The position numbers and the translations under genes were made by a program. A DNA stretch of 64,000 nt. Source: Macrostomum hystrix. Its lineage: Eukaryota > Animalia > Platyhelminthes. The notes beneath the pieces are model-generated. The model was not told the DNA's origin. It searched no databases and saw only the letters and a program-made list of their open reading frames with translations. Shown one piece after another: positions 1 through 12,366 of this stretch. The stretch lies in assembly GCA_950097015.1 (NCBI GenBank), contig CATNEN010000003.1, positions 11,284,001-11,348,000 of the forward strand. The letters are read 5' to 3'. Within the stretch, counting starts at the first letter, position 1. The number at the start of each line of letters is the position of its first letter.

Positions 1-210
1 TCTTAGAAATTCAACGTACCAGCAAATAATGTTTAACAAACTCAAAACATTTTTTAAAAATTCTGATAGAACTATATTCATAGAAGACTTACAGACTTTC
101 TCAGAAAAAAGCAAATAACTTATAACGAAAATGTTTAACTATAAGAATCCCTTGATAAGAATAAGCAAAAAATTAATTCTAAAGAGACTACCTTGCGTAG
201 CGTGGCGCAT

Positions 211-534
211 TTAGAATTTCGTGCAGCAGAACCCGCCTGTCAACAAACGGGGCACCCATCCCATTGTCAGTTTCAACATGCCAAGATCCACAGACAAGAT
301 CGATCCGATCAATTGAGGCTTTCGGACTCTCCAGTCGATCCGCCAACTCTCTTGCAGTCCGACGGGAATTTTCCTGTATCCTTTATCCTGTATCCTGTAA
401 CCTTCACCCCTTGAATCTGTGATTGTTAATGGAGAGATCGGACGGCCACGGTTGGCTGTGTCATCAGCAACGTCTGTTCGCCCATGACTGAACTCTTCAA
501 GCCAGCGATAGACAGCACTCTGCGAGATGGGACT
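211..534 (-). mobile_element. Degenerate Tc1/mariner (mariner-type) transposase fragment, N-terminal HTH region
   Basis: Stop-to-stop frame on the minus strand, absent from the ORF track, reads SQSAVYRWLEEFSHGRTDVADDTANRGRPIS...ILSVDLGMLKLTMGWVPRLLT. This matches the mariner motifs VYRW..F..GR....D..R.GRP and the WVPHEL-type linker. No start codon and no DD34D domain visible. Confidence 0.75.
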
Positions 535-1655
535 CTACGTGGAATTCAGTCAGCTGGATTACGATTTCATTACCTCGCTTCCACAATTTCCACTGTGAGT
601 ACACGAACTGGCGTTGATCTTTTTGGACGAAACGCTAAACATTGAACGATCGCACAAGGGAAAAGGAAAAACTCTAAACTCGACAGCGGCATCTTGTCGA
701 GGCGTACACAATGTCGATATCCGCGATGTGCTTGCTGCCTTTGGTGCCACGGATATCTCTTGCGTCAGCTTGTGCTTCTTTTGATTCTGGTGCTCACGCT
801 TCTCTGCTTGTCTGTTGCCTTTTTCTGCTTCTGTTTTCTAATGCTTCGGCTCATTTTCTTCTGTCGCAAAATTTTCGTCTATGGACAAACTTGGGTTGGG
901 GCCTTGACTTGGTGTAATTCAACCCCTTACCCCTTGTTCTAATTTTAGCCATGAATTTTAAATGAATTGACATTTTTAATTGATTCAAAAAGCCTTTGAA
1001 CTTTTGAATGTTTATTTATCAGTGACGTCAGTTTCAGTAAATTTAGTTTTACTACTTAGCTGGTGCATCGAGCTTTCCCACTATTTTTGGGACACCCCTC
1101 GTAGCTAAAATACAAAAAAGCCACAAGTCCAACTATTTATTTATGAAGCTACGAGTACAAGCCCAAAAGAGAAGGAAACAATATTTTATTACGAGTATAA
1201 TACTCGTAGATTAGTATCAAATAACTCCTGTGTATTTGTGCAAACTTTTGGTTGATGTTTAAACGATCATAATAAACGTCATAACAAAGAGTTTAAAATC
1301 ATAACAAAGTGTGTTCTAAACCGTATAAAAACCGATATTTCGTAGAATCTTATTTTATCATATTTATAAACGTCTTGCGAGAAGGGCCCGAATAAATATA
1401 GAAACTTAGATAGTTATAGGTTTATATATTTCAGAACATTGTCTAAAACTGAAAATCGGAATTGTTATAGATTAAAAATTTAATAGTACGAGCGTACATA
1501 ATATTTCAGCATATCGTTACTTGGTGGTCCTAGCCTCTCGCCAAATCTTGTAACTGAAGCAAGCTTATAACTTTTTTTTAACGCTGATAATATATAAATA
1601 TCCAGTTAAGAGTATTTTTATTATCGCTTAACAGAGTGGCGGTAGAGACTGAAAG

Positions 1656-2854
1656 TCAGACGGAGTCGCATAGAATATGCAGCTGCTGAAAATCGTTCAA
1701 ACCGAACGCTTTCGTACTCAATCCGTAGCACATCATGCTACCCTTGAGACAACCTGAGTCTAAACTCGAGTAACCCAGATTTAAACTCTCAAACAGACTC
1801 GGAGAGAACACAACGGTCTGGTGGTAGGCATGGAACACCGCGCCGACGGAGCCATTGATGAAGAAGTGCTGATGAGCCGTTTCGTTGAAAGCGAAACCAA
1901 CTGAAACATCTCGCTGAAGTCCATCAACGGGCAAGTTTGCAGGTGACAGCGAGAACAGTCCCGCTTCGTTGCTGTTAAGGTTGAATACGGCTCCGTTGTA
2001 GAAGTGGTCGTCTTTCTTGGCGAATGTATTGCCACCACCGCCGTCGCGCTGCATGAACCTGTGGTAGAACTGAAATCTAAAGCGTTTTGATGAATATTTT
2101 TATCAATCATTCTTGCTTGATACTATCGAAAAGCAACTTGACCGAATTTCAAGCTTTTTTTCTCACCCAAAACTAAAGGCATGCCTGACTCGAGTGAAGG
2201 CTGAAAACTGCTTGCCTAAGCCAAGCACTTCAGCGAATCCAGGAGTCTCAGTGCGCAGGTATGAGGCCGTGTCACCCCTGAACAGGGCTCCAGCGGCATT
2301 GATTGTGATGTTGTGAGCCGTGAGGCAGAACAGTCTCGGGTTGACCTCATTGACCAGACCGCTCCGAGAGAACTTGTAGAACATCTTCATCTGCAGCTGG
2401 CTGAACACGGGCTTGGCCACATCTGAAATGCGTGCGTGAATGCTCAGCTTGGTGACTGAGTGACTCCAATGCACTGATGGGATTGGCATGCAGCCAGTGC
2501 AGCCAGAGTGACAGCTCAGCTGTGCAACTCACCGCAGTCTCCACACAGCACATCGGTGTACTTGTAAGAGTCGCAGTCACCGGCAGTCCACTGAGCGAGC
2601 TCGGAACACGCGTCTCCGAGGTAGCACTTGTTGTTGGGCTGGTCAAAGTGGAACGCGTTGCATCGGGGCTGCTGACTGCAGACAGCGGCGCACTGCAGCC
2701 TGCTGGCCAGCCTCTGAGCCTGCAGGGAGGCGGCTGCAGTGGGGCAGCTTCTGACTTTGACAGCCGAGAAATACGGCAGCATTCTAGCGCAGGAGTTTAG
2801 CGTGAAAATATTCAGCAGCAGAAGAATGCTCAGAATCCCATCGTTAAGTGCCAT
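1656..2854 (-). CDS. Secreted PAN/Apple + ConA-like (LamG/pentraxin-type) domain protein, copy 1 (~332 aa); exons 2854-2533, 2422-2167, 2076-1656
   Basis: Hydrophobic leader, PAN motif CAAVCSQQPRCNAFHFDQPNNKCYL, and GT-AG introns (2532-2423, 2166-2077) that join the three ORFs in frame. The C-terminal region has F.G...SYL, HFFING, LNLG and LKGSMMCYGLSTKAF...DFQQL, resembling Laminin_G_3/pentraxin folds (domain call by pattern only). Confidence 0.85.
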
Positions 2855-4060
2855 ATTAGAAACTTTGGTGTCCTGGACAGACGCTATAACTTCAAAAGCA
2901 CGTTAATAGTTAGTTATTCAGTATTATTACCTTCAGCGATTTCGCTGTTTTACATGACTTTGTGACGGCTTGTTATTGGCTGACCAATCAATAATTGATC
3001 GCAAGAACTCATAACACGGATTCACTTTTACCCTGGAGCCGAGATCTGATTTTTTCAGCAGTTAGTTGAATAATTTTTTGGACTCGCATTTTTATTACTT
3101 CATGCGTTTTTGCTCTTCCAACTGAAAATGAATGGGTTTTAGAAAATAACATTTGAATGAGCACTGACATACAGAGACACATATTCATGAAAAAGTCTCA
3201 CAAAGCCACTGTCTATACTTGTCGTGGTCCAATTAATTTATCATATTTTACCGTATATTAGCAAGCGAATCGAATCAAGAATCAAGAATATTAAACTAAG
3301 TTTAAAGCTGACTAGAGGCACAAAATATATTTACACATTGAGTTGACTTTAAGTTTAAAAGCAAATCATTTCTTTACTAACATGTGATATTGTTAGTCGT
3401 ATTGGACCATTGTCACAAACAGAGTCATTTTCTTGTGTCTCCAATGTAGCATCAATAGAAAAAGTTGTGAAATTTTCTTAAGCCATCTTAATTATTTTTA
3501 CTTTTTTATTGAACACAATCACTTCATTTTAATTGAAGTCTAAGTTACTGCATGGTATTTTTTTTCTGAACGTCGATTCGTTTCCTTAGCGTTGTCGAAG
3601 CGTATTCGAAACGGGCGTTGAGAAAGTGTGAGGGCAAGGCAAAAAAGCTATTTAAATTTCTGAGCTCTATATAGAGTTGACTGCAGAATAATAATTTCCT
3701 GCTAATAGTAATTGATATGTCAGCAGATGAAAATTTACTTTAACCAAAGAGAGCCCGAAAACACACGTTAGTCGTTAAAAAAATTAACAAGTGTTCATAG
3801 CTAGGGTTTATGATGCTTAAATGTCACACGGTTCCGACACTCCTGTGTATCCTCCAAAAATTTGTTTATTAGTAAATCAAGTATGTAATTTAGTTTACTC
3901 TTAGCCGTGTCAATTTATTATGACTGAATAGGAAAATATATGGTCGTATACTCGTCACGGCAAATCATTTTTTGTTTTAGTTGACACAGTTTTCTCACTG
4001 AGGATCCCATGCAACGGTTTAAATTTTTCAATAGAAAAAATCTGTTTTTTCCTTCACGTG

Positions 4061-5256
4061 TCAGTCTTCATCGCAGAGTTGCTGTAGAAGCAGAAATTCA
4101 TTTAATGTCAGAACTTTTGAGCTGAAACCATAGCAGTACATGAGACCATTCAGACAGTTGGAATCTGTGGTCGACTGTCCCAGGTTCAGACAGTCAAACA
4201 GGTCCGGCGAGTACGTAGTTGACCCGATCGTGAACGAGTCGACAGCAACAATGGAGCGGTTCAAGTAGAAGTGCTGGTGCCTGGTCCCATCGAAGGCATA
4301 GCCAGCCGAGATCACTCGCGTCCGTCCGTCAGCAGGCAGGACTGTCGACGGTGAGTAAGAGTGAATAACTTCCCCGCTGCCGCTCCGAACCAACTTCATT
4401 GCGTCATAGATGCCGCCGTCTTTCTGAATGAATGAGTTCCCGAAACTGCTGTCGCACCTCAGAAACTTGTGATAATATTGCAGTCTGAAATAGGGCATGA
4501 AGAAGGTGCAAACAACAGCTGGTGGATGCAGAGAAGCTGAAACTGAATTATTCACGCACCCGGAGTCAAACACATGCCGGGCATTGACGAAAGCAGAATG
4601 AACCGCACTTTCTTTGAAAATATCTTTTAGCAGCAATTTCTCTAGAGTCAAGTAGGACGTACTGCGGCCCTTGAAGTGTGCGCCAGCTGCATCGACTGTC
4701 ACGTCAAAAGACTTAAGACAGAGCCTTCGTGAATTGACCTCATTGACCAGACCGCTCCGAGAGAACTTGTAGAACATCTTCATCTGCAGCTGGCTGAACA
4801 CGGGCTTGGCCACATCTGAAATGCGTGCGTGAATGCTCAGCTTGGTGACTGAGTGACTCCAATGCACTGATGGGATTGGCATGCAGCCTGTGCAGCCAGA
4901 GTGACAGCTCAGCTGTGCAACTCACCGCAGTCTCCACACAGCACATCGGTGTACTTGTAAGAGTCGCAGTCACCGGCAGTCCACTGAGCGAGCTCGGAAC
5001 ACGCATCTCCGAGGTAGCACTTGTTGTTGGGCTGGTCAAAGTGGAACGCGTTGCATCGGGGCTGCTGACTGCAGACAGCGGCGCACTGCAGCCTGCTGGC
5101 CAGCCTCTGAGGCAGCAGGGAGGCGGCTGCAGTGGGGCACTGCCTGCTGCTCTCGAATGACAGCTTGACGGCTGTAGCTGTGTAGCTCAGGCAAAGAAGT
5201 ACCAGTAGTCGTACCCTGAAGGCAGTATCGCATTGACAGTACTGACACAGCTTCAT
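4061..5256 (-). CDS. PAN/Apple + ConA-like protein, copy 2 (~336 aa); exons 5256-4926, 4815-4560, 4484-4061
   Basis: ATG at 5256 (the ORF-track start at 5328 is TTG). Same intron positions and phases as copy 1. Intron 2 (4559-4485, 75 bp) is in frame and stop-free. Confidence 0.85.
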
Positions 5257-5995
5257 GTTTGGTCTGGTTCTGTAAAATTTTCTGGTCGAATCTAGAGTAG
5301 CTGGCGTTGGCAAAGATACATGCTCCAAATATGTATATTCTTACCTCAACCCAAGGGAGAAGTCTGTCAATTCTCGAGAGGCCTTGTGCATAGCTTAGTG
5401 GCTGCATGATAGCCTCAAGAGCCGGCTTTCTCTCTGTCTCCAAAGTTTCTTCTAAAAGAGTGAAACGTGCACATTGCCCGTCCACAGAAGACTTGGGACT
5501 CAGGTTGATTGAGTGCGCTATTCTCATTGTTGAATTAGAAATCCAGAAGTGCTCTGGATATTTGTGAATTCTTTCATCTAAAATATACTCATTCTACAAA
5601 ATTCTCTGAAGATTTTAGAAGCTTTCAATCACTGAAGTGTTCTGAGTGCTACTTAACATTGCAAAGGCTGCTAGTTAGGAGTATCGACGAAGGATGAGCT
5701 TTGATCCTCTAAAAAACGTCCGGAGTTTTTTTAATCTTTCAAAGCTAATTAAAGAAATTTGTTTTACGTGGCTCTTCGGCTTGTCGTGGTTTTTGCGTCC
5801 AGATCTGAAGTCATTCGTTAAAAACTACATTGCCATTGACCAATGAATTTACAATCGTCACATCGTCCTAAGAATACTTTACTAAAACGTTAAGACCTCC
5901 GGCTCGTTTAAGGTACATAAGACTGGAGCTTTAGATTTCAGTAAATTAAAATATAAAGTAAAAGAAAGTTAGTTTGACAATGACAATAAAAACAA

Positions 5996-6296
5996 TTGCA
6001 GGATAATAATGGCTGTGGGCAATGGAACGCTTTTTGGTGACATTGAACCTTCAGGAGGCAATTCTGCCCATTTCGCTGACTCCTGAGCACACACGCACAC
6101 ATATACCGTGCGCACGCATACGCTCACACAGGTGTGTACATCTGCCCTGACTTTCTCATCGATAGGCAGTGTTCACTCTCACTGTGCATTGGAGGTTGGC
6201 CCCCCCCCAATATAATGTGGCCTCGCCGCGGAATCGAGCTCAGGGACCTTGGTGCGAGAGGCAAACGCGTTAGACCACACTGCCTGCCACTCACCC
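5996..6296 (-). mobile_element. tRNA-derived SINE family A, diverged copy
   Basis: Homologous to 22087-22437 and 32651-32995 (shared ctgcccatttcgctgactcctgagcacacacg...ggaccttggtgcgagaggcaaacgcg). Confidence 0.75.
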
Positions 6297-7257
6297 CTCG
6301 AAGTTCTACTTCAGTAAAACAAAAAAGGGGACGTTTATTTGATTACACTCGCATTGTGCTGCTCTCCGAGGCTTTGACGGACAGCGCTAGAGCGCATCTC
6401 TAGTGGTTGCTGAGGCCACCTGCAGTATAATACTGAGATAGCTCTCTGAGCACTGACTCAAACGCCCGATAGACAGATGCTCGATTCAGACCGTTCCATG
6501 GCCGCAGTTGTCCTGGCCTTAAGCCACAGTCTGTGGACAGATAATCGAAGCAAGAACTTTCACGTATTTGATTGTTGCGTCTTCAATATTAGAGAGCTGA
6601 GACAATAGCCTGACTATTGTACTTGAATGCTCGGTTGCACTTCTACAAAGTTTTCTGGCGCATGTCAATGTCCCACAAGTTCAAGAAGCATCCAAAGCAA
6701 AACTGTCCAGTGTTATTCCAGTGTTCGGGCTGTAGTGATACTATATTAGCTGTCAATAAAGTAGAGGTGAACCAACTAAGTGGAAAGTATGCATGACCGC
6801 GATAGAAACTAAAACACATTGTTAAAAACAAAAATAGAGCTCCTGAATGGAGAAAAAATCAATTAGTTCTATTATACTTATTTCATTATAATCGCCGTAT
6901 TTTATAGAAGAAAATATTTGAGTTTATTGATTACACCTGCCCCAAATTGGGCCAGATGAGCAGCCGACAACGCGTAATTGCGCGGCGCATTTTAAAGCTG
7001 TTAGGCTACAACCATTTAAGTCAGCGTTTAAAAATCTAACTTAATTTGATTTAATCGAGCTCAACTTAACAACAAAGAAAAACAAACATAAATAATGGAA
7101 AGTTTCTAATACTCTAAAAATACAATAGAATACAGTTAAAAATACAATATTCCAAAAATGTCTTAGGGAAAATTTAAGGCAAAAATATTTTCACATATTT
7201 AGTCTCTCAAATAGACTTCTCACGGACACAAACTGTATTTATTTTTTACGTCAGATT

Positions 7258-8459
7258 TCAGATTTCGTCACAGAGCTGCTGGATCTGCTCAAACTCGGTC
7301 TGGCTGAGCACTTTGGTGCTGAATGCGTAGCAGAACATGCGACCTTCCAGACAGTTGGCATCGATTCTTGGAATAGCTTGGCCAAGGTGCAGGCAGTCAA
7401 ACAGATTTGTGTTATAGGATGCACCTGCATTAAAAGGTGGGTCAGCCGAAACCATCGAGCCATTGGAGAAGAAGTGCTGGTTCGCTGTTCCGTTGAAGGA
7501 GAATCCCAAGGAGTTCGTCAGTCGACCGCTAGATGGCAGCACAGAGGGCGATGATAAAATAAGCCCAAACTCACTGGCTCCTTGCCTGAAGACGGCCGTG
7601 TTGTAAATCATTCTGTTTAACTTAAAGAACTGATGGCCAGGAATTCCAGAACCACAGGAAACGAAGTTGTGATAGAATTGTCGCCTGCGAAAAGAGACAG
7701 GATGAAATTAAGCCATAAAAAATGAAATCAATGGCTTTGGGATTTAAAAAACCGAGTCTGACCCAGTGCCGAAATTGTGGCTCGCACTGACGAAGGTGGA
7801 GAACTGGCTGCCATAATCAAGGTGCTTAGCAAAGCCGGGAGTCTCAGTGCGCAGGTATGAGCCCAGGTAGCCTTTGAACTGAGCTCCATTGCCATCTATG
7901 GTCACATTGTGAGCCGTGAGGCAGAACAGTCTCGGGTTGACCTCATTGACCAGACCGCTCCGAGAGAACTTGTAGAACATCTTCATCTGCAGCTGGCTGA
8001 ACACGGGCTTGGCCACATCTGAAATGCGTGCGTGAATGCTCAGCTTGGTGACTGAGTGACTCCAATGCACTGATGGGATTGGCATGCAGCCAGTGCAGCC
8101 AGAGTGACAGCTCAGCTGTGCAACTCACCGCAGTCTCCACACAGCACATCGGTGTACTTGTAAGAGTCGCAGTCACCGGCAGTCCACTGAGCGAGCTCGG
8201 AACACGCGTCTCCGAGGTAGCACTTGTTGTTGGGCTGGTCAAAGTGGAACGCGTTGCAGGTTCTCAGTTGACTGCAGACAGCGGCGCACTGCAGCCTGCT
8301 GGCCAGCCTCTGAGCCAGCAGAGAGGCGGCTGCAGTGGGGCACTGCCTGCTGCTCTCGAATGACAGCAGCTTGGCACCAGAAGCAGCTGCAGTCAAGCTG
8401 TGGCACAGCAGCATGAGCAGAATGAACCATGCCACGGCTGTGCAGTCTAGGTTAGCCAT
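7258..8459 (-). CDS. PAN/Apple + ConA-like protein, copy 3 (~337 aa); exons 8459-8129, 8018-7763, 7684-7258
   Basis: Leader MANLDCTAVAWFILLMLLCHS. GT-AG introns 8128-8019 and 7762-7685 restore one reading frame. Confidence 0.87.
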
Positions 8460-8596
8460 GTGAGCTTCAAGCTGGTAAAGTAATATAAGCTAGTAAAATC
8501 TTTCAAAGTCAGCTAAGTAACTTTTTCGGAGCTCTTCTTATGCTTCCTGACAGGGTGGATCGAGAAAAATGCAGCCGGTGTCAATCAGGCTACAAG

Positions 8597-8643
8597 CCAG
8601 AAGCAGCTGCAGTCAAGCTGTGGAATAGCAGTAAAAGTAGCAT
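8597..8643 (-). pseudogene. Orphan signal-peptide fragment of the PAN-ConA family (MLLLLLFHSLTAAASG)
   Basis: 27 bp at 8597-8623 are identical to 8377-8403 in copy 3 exon 1 and continue into a different hydrophobic leader. Nothing of the gene follows it. Confidence 0.7.
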
Positions 8644-9499
8644 GACGGAGAGCTTGCTAGCTCCTCTCAGACAGACAATAGGCTTTATCACTTGCCTGGG
8701 TCTGTTGCAACTTACAAGACTCTGTTTGCCTTGCATGGTTCACTTGCTTTTATGCATTTTGCTAAGAACCTGAAACAATTGATGTTTCGTTATTTGCTTC
8801 TGCCTGTCAGCTTAGGACAGCTTGGTGTCAGCTTGGTGTCAGCTTGGTGTCAGCTGTCACCATGGAGTCACACAAAACTCTGTCCTTGCGCTGCGTTCCT
8901 GCTCGTAGCCCAGTTGAGGCTCAGGCCTGAACTTGAGAGGGAACGAGACGAGTGGCCTGGTGGTTTTTTCCATTATAATTAAACAGTGCAAAAAAGTTCA
9001 AGAGTAGTTGGCAGAAATGTAGGATGAGCAAACACTCTGCGACTTGTCACCAAGGAAACGGGCATCCAAGGAAGAGAGGTACCGCGCAGCCAGTCTTCTC
9101 CGGTTCCTGAGTGTTAAGAACGTGCAGAATCGCTGCAGAAATTTTTTTACTGAAAGTCTTTGCCAATGCAGTTCTGTTGCAAACCGGATTTATCAATGCC
9201 AAGAAAGATTTGCTCCATGATCCTGTCGGCAGATACCTACTTGTCCACTTTATAGATTCGTCAATGGGAGGAGCAGAGAAATCACATGATCTACAGCAAG
9301 ACCAGCCACCAGCTAAGCGCATTTACTATTTTGACTACCAGAAACTGTTTGGAGAAGCCATGTCTGTATTTTCCTCTTCGCAGATTTATGCTATTCTTCA
9401 ACAGCAAAAGTGGAGCGCCGAGTGGAAAAGTAAATCAGGCAAGAGACAAATAGAGATGACGAGTTTAGTGCTGCCGGACGATATTTACCTTGATGGCAT

Positions 9500-9975
9500 G
9501 TTCGACTGCTTGCCGAGCGTTGAAGACATCGAGAGATCAATGGGCGAGCTGTCACGAGTGTCAATACCAGACGTCAAACGGATCATTACGTCAAAGAGAT
9601 GTTCGACTTCACGGCATCGACGCCGTCGTTAAACATTGACTTGATGACGACGGCTGAGCTGGAGTACGTTGACCGTGTGCTGCGATAGTTCTACGGCACG
9701 GCTCATAGGACAGACGGGGGATATTATATAGCTATATACCGCTACATGATGCCGGACAGGCAACTAAAGATCATCGAGGGCGATGCTTTCAGGGCGATGC
9801 TTTCTATGCTGCAAACGCGACTCTGAAGGCGTTGGCGCGGAAGTTTATCTTTGAGGGCGGTCGCGCGAAGCATTTCCAAGCTGTTAAACTGGAGGACATG
9901 CAAAAATTATCGCGATACTATGACAGGCAGTCTCCTACGGCTTTGCTGCACGAGGTTTATCTCAATGTTTTGGAA
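9500..9975 (+). mobile_element. Degenerate Crypton-like (DUF3504/ZMYM/KCTD1-type tyrosine recombinase family) fragment
   Basis: Reading through a stop and a 14 bp duplication frameshift gives ELEYVDRVLR*FYGTAHRTDGGYY...AIYRYM...LKIIEGDAF/YAANATLKALARKFIFEGGRAKHFQAVKLEDMQKLSRYYDRQSPTALLHEVYLNV. This resembles the Crypton N-terminal pattern L..FY...R..DG..Y...AI.R....II.D..F..AN..L. The catalytic YR part is not seen. Confidence 0.6.
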
Positions 9976-10315
9976 ACGCGCATCAGGCCGAGTAGCCAAG
10001 TAGATGATGGCATCGAGGCAGTCAAGCCTGAGTATAGACGATCAGATTGCCTAGCCGCTTGCGCGCAATCGAGGCTCTCCTGCTGACTATGCCGCTGAAG
10101 GATGACTATGGTAGCGTACTGACTCGCCTGAAGCGGGAGGTGGTGTTTCAGCAGAGCAACCAGCTACTGTTACAGGCCAGCGGTCTTGTCAAGCACGTTG
10201 AACAGCAGCATCGGGCGCTGAAGAGTCGATGAAATTTCCGCAAAATCTGGGTCGCGATGCCGATACTGCCGCCAGGACAGAAGACTTGAAGCGCTTTGAT
10301 TGACGGCCAGTCAAA

Positions 10316-10608
10316 GTGTCAAAAGATTCTGAGGATCTGAGGATGGTGTCAGAAGATTCTGAGGATCTGAGGATGGTGTCAGAAGATTCTGAGGATCTGA
10401 GGATAATGTCAGAAGATTCTGAGGATCTGAGGATAATGTCAGAAGATTCTGAGGATCTGAGGATAATGTCAGAAGATTCTGAGGATCTGAGGATAATGTC
10501 AGAAGATTCTGAGGATCTGAGGATCTGAGGATGGTGTCAGAAGATTCTGAGGATCTGAGGATCTGAGGATGGTGTCAGAAGATTCTGAGGATCTGAGGAT
10601 GGTGTCAA
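10316..10608. repeat. 30 bp minisatellite (GTGTCAGAAGATTCTGAGGATCTGAGGATG)n
   Basis: About 9 tandem units, directly visible. Confidence 0.95.
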
Positions 10609-11163
10609 AAGCAGATTTTTAAGGTTTTTGCTAATTTTTTTCATGTTTTCAAACTCGTATTATTCTTAGTAGTCATTTTAGTGACCAGAGAAAAAAGTTA
10701 AATTATTTCTTTATTTAGTAAATAAGCCAACCACAGTTAACCAATGACACTTTAACAGTCTAGTTTATTTTATTTTTAGAATTCAAAAAGTTCTAAACCA
10801 GATGGGTTTAGACTCTTATAAATTTATTGCTATAAAAAAGAAAACATTGAGATAAGTGGTAGCTAATATTGAGGTGATAAACAGTAAGACATTGATTGTT
10901 GGCTGTTTAAGCATCAGGGTCTAGGCCTCAGTTTTCCACTGAAGCTGTGATTTTTAGTCATCAGAAATGTAGTCAAGTTGAGTCCTTGAAAAATAGCTCG
11001 TGTAATCAATAGAAAAATATAAAGTGCAAAACTCAAAACTCATTCTCAAGTAACTTGCAGAAAAAATACAATTAATAACTAATAGTGAGCCGTAATCAAT
11101 TTCTCGCCTTGACAGCCATCTGACAGTCTGGCAGTTTGACAGTCAATACATTTTCGTCAGATT

Positions 11164-12366
11164 TCAGATTTCGTCACAGAGCTGCTGGATCTGCTCAAAC
11201 TCGGTCTGGCTGAGCACTTTGGTGCTGAATGCGTAGCAGAACATCCGGCCTTCCAGGCAGTGGGCATCGTTTCTTGGAAAAGCTTGGCCAAGGTGCAGGC
11301 AGTCAAAGAAACTTGTGTTATAGGATGCACCTGCATTAATAGGTGGGTCAGCCGAAACCATCGAGCCGTTGGAGAAGAAGTGCTGGTTCGTTGTTCCGTT
11401 GAAGGAGAATCCCAAGGAGTTCGTCAGTCGACCGCTGGATGGCAGCACAGAGGGTGATGACAGCATGAGCTGAAACTCACTGGCTCCTTGCTTGAAGACA
11501 GCTATGTTGTAAATCATTCTGTTAAACTTAAAGAACTGATGGCCAGGAGTTCCAGAACCACAGGAAACGAAATTGTGGTAGTATTGTCGCCTGCGAAAAG
11601 AGACAGGATGAAATTAGGCCATAAACAATTTAAATCAATGGCGTTGCGATTTAAAAAACAGAGGCTGACCCATTGCCGAAATTGTGGCTCGCACTGACGA
11701 AGGTGGAGAACTGGCTGCCATAATCAAGGTGCTTAGCAAAGCCGGGAGTCTCAGTGCGCAGGTATGAGCCCAGGTAGCCTTTGAACTGAGCTCCATTGCC
11801 ATCTATGGTCACATTGTGAGCCGTGAGGCAGAACAGTCTCGGGTTGACCTCATTGACCAGACCGCTCCGAGAGAACTTGTAGAACATCTTCATCTGCAGC
11901 TGGCTGAACACGGGCTTGGCCACATCTGAAATGCGTGCGTGAATGCTCAGCTTGGTGACTGAGTGACTCCAATGCACTGATGGGATTGGCATGCAGCCAG
12001 TGCAGCCAGAGTGACAGCTCAGCTGTGCAACTCACCGCAGTCTCCACACAGCACATCGGTGTACTTGTAAGAGTCGCAGTCACCGGCAGTCCACTGAGCG
12101 AGCTCGGAACACGCGTCTCCGAGGTAGCACTTGTTGTTGGGCTGGTCAAAGTGGAACGCGTTGCATCGGGGCTGCTGACTGCAGACAGCGGCGCACTGCA
12201 GCCTGCTGGCCAGCCTGTGAGCCAGCAGGGAGGCGGCTGCAGTGGGGCACTGCCTGCTGCTCTCGAATGACAGAAGCTTGACACCAGAAGCAGCTGTAGT
12301 GAAGCTGTGGCACAGCAGCATGAGCAGAATGAACCATGCCACGGCTGTGCAGTCTAGGTTAGCCAT
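11164..12366 (-). CDS. PAN/Apple + ConA-like protein, copy 4 (~337 aa); exons 12366-12036, 11925-11670, 11590-11164
   Basis: Closest paralogue of copy 3. GT-AG introns 12035-11926 and 11669-11591. Confidence 0.87.

Noticed and set aside
1870-1910. CTGATGA...GAAAC hammerhead-like core
   Set aside because: No stem III/NUH triplet or stem I pairing, and it is antisense to a coding exon. A chance match.
2347-2800. Overlapping ORFs repeated in each cluster copy (MTSPTTSATSE..., MGLACSQCS..., MPIPSVHW... starts)
   Set aside because: Alternative-frame or antisense shadows of the homogenised cassette; their conservation follows from nucleotide identity. The MPIPSVHW start lies inside intron 1.
10316-10608. 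Regular 30-42 bp repeats here and elsewhere as possible CRISPR arrays
   Set aside because: Head-to-tail units without unique spacers, no cas genes, eukaryotic context.
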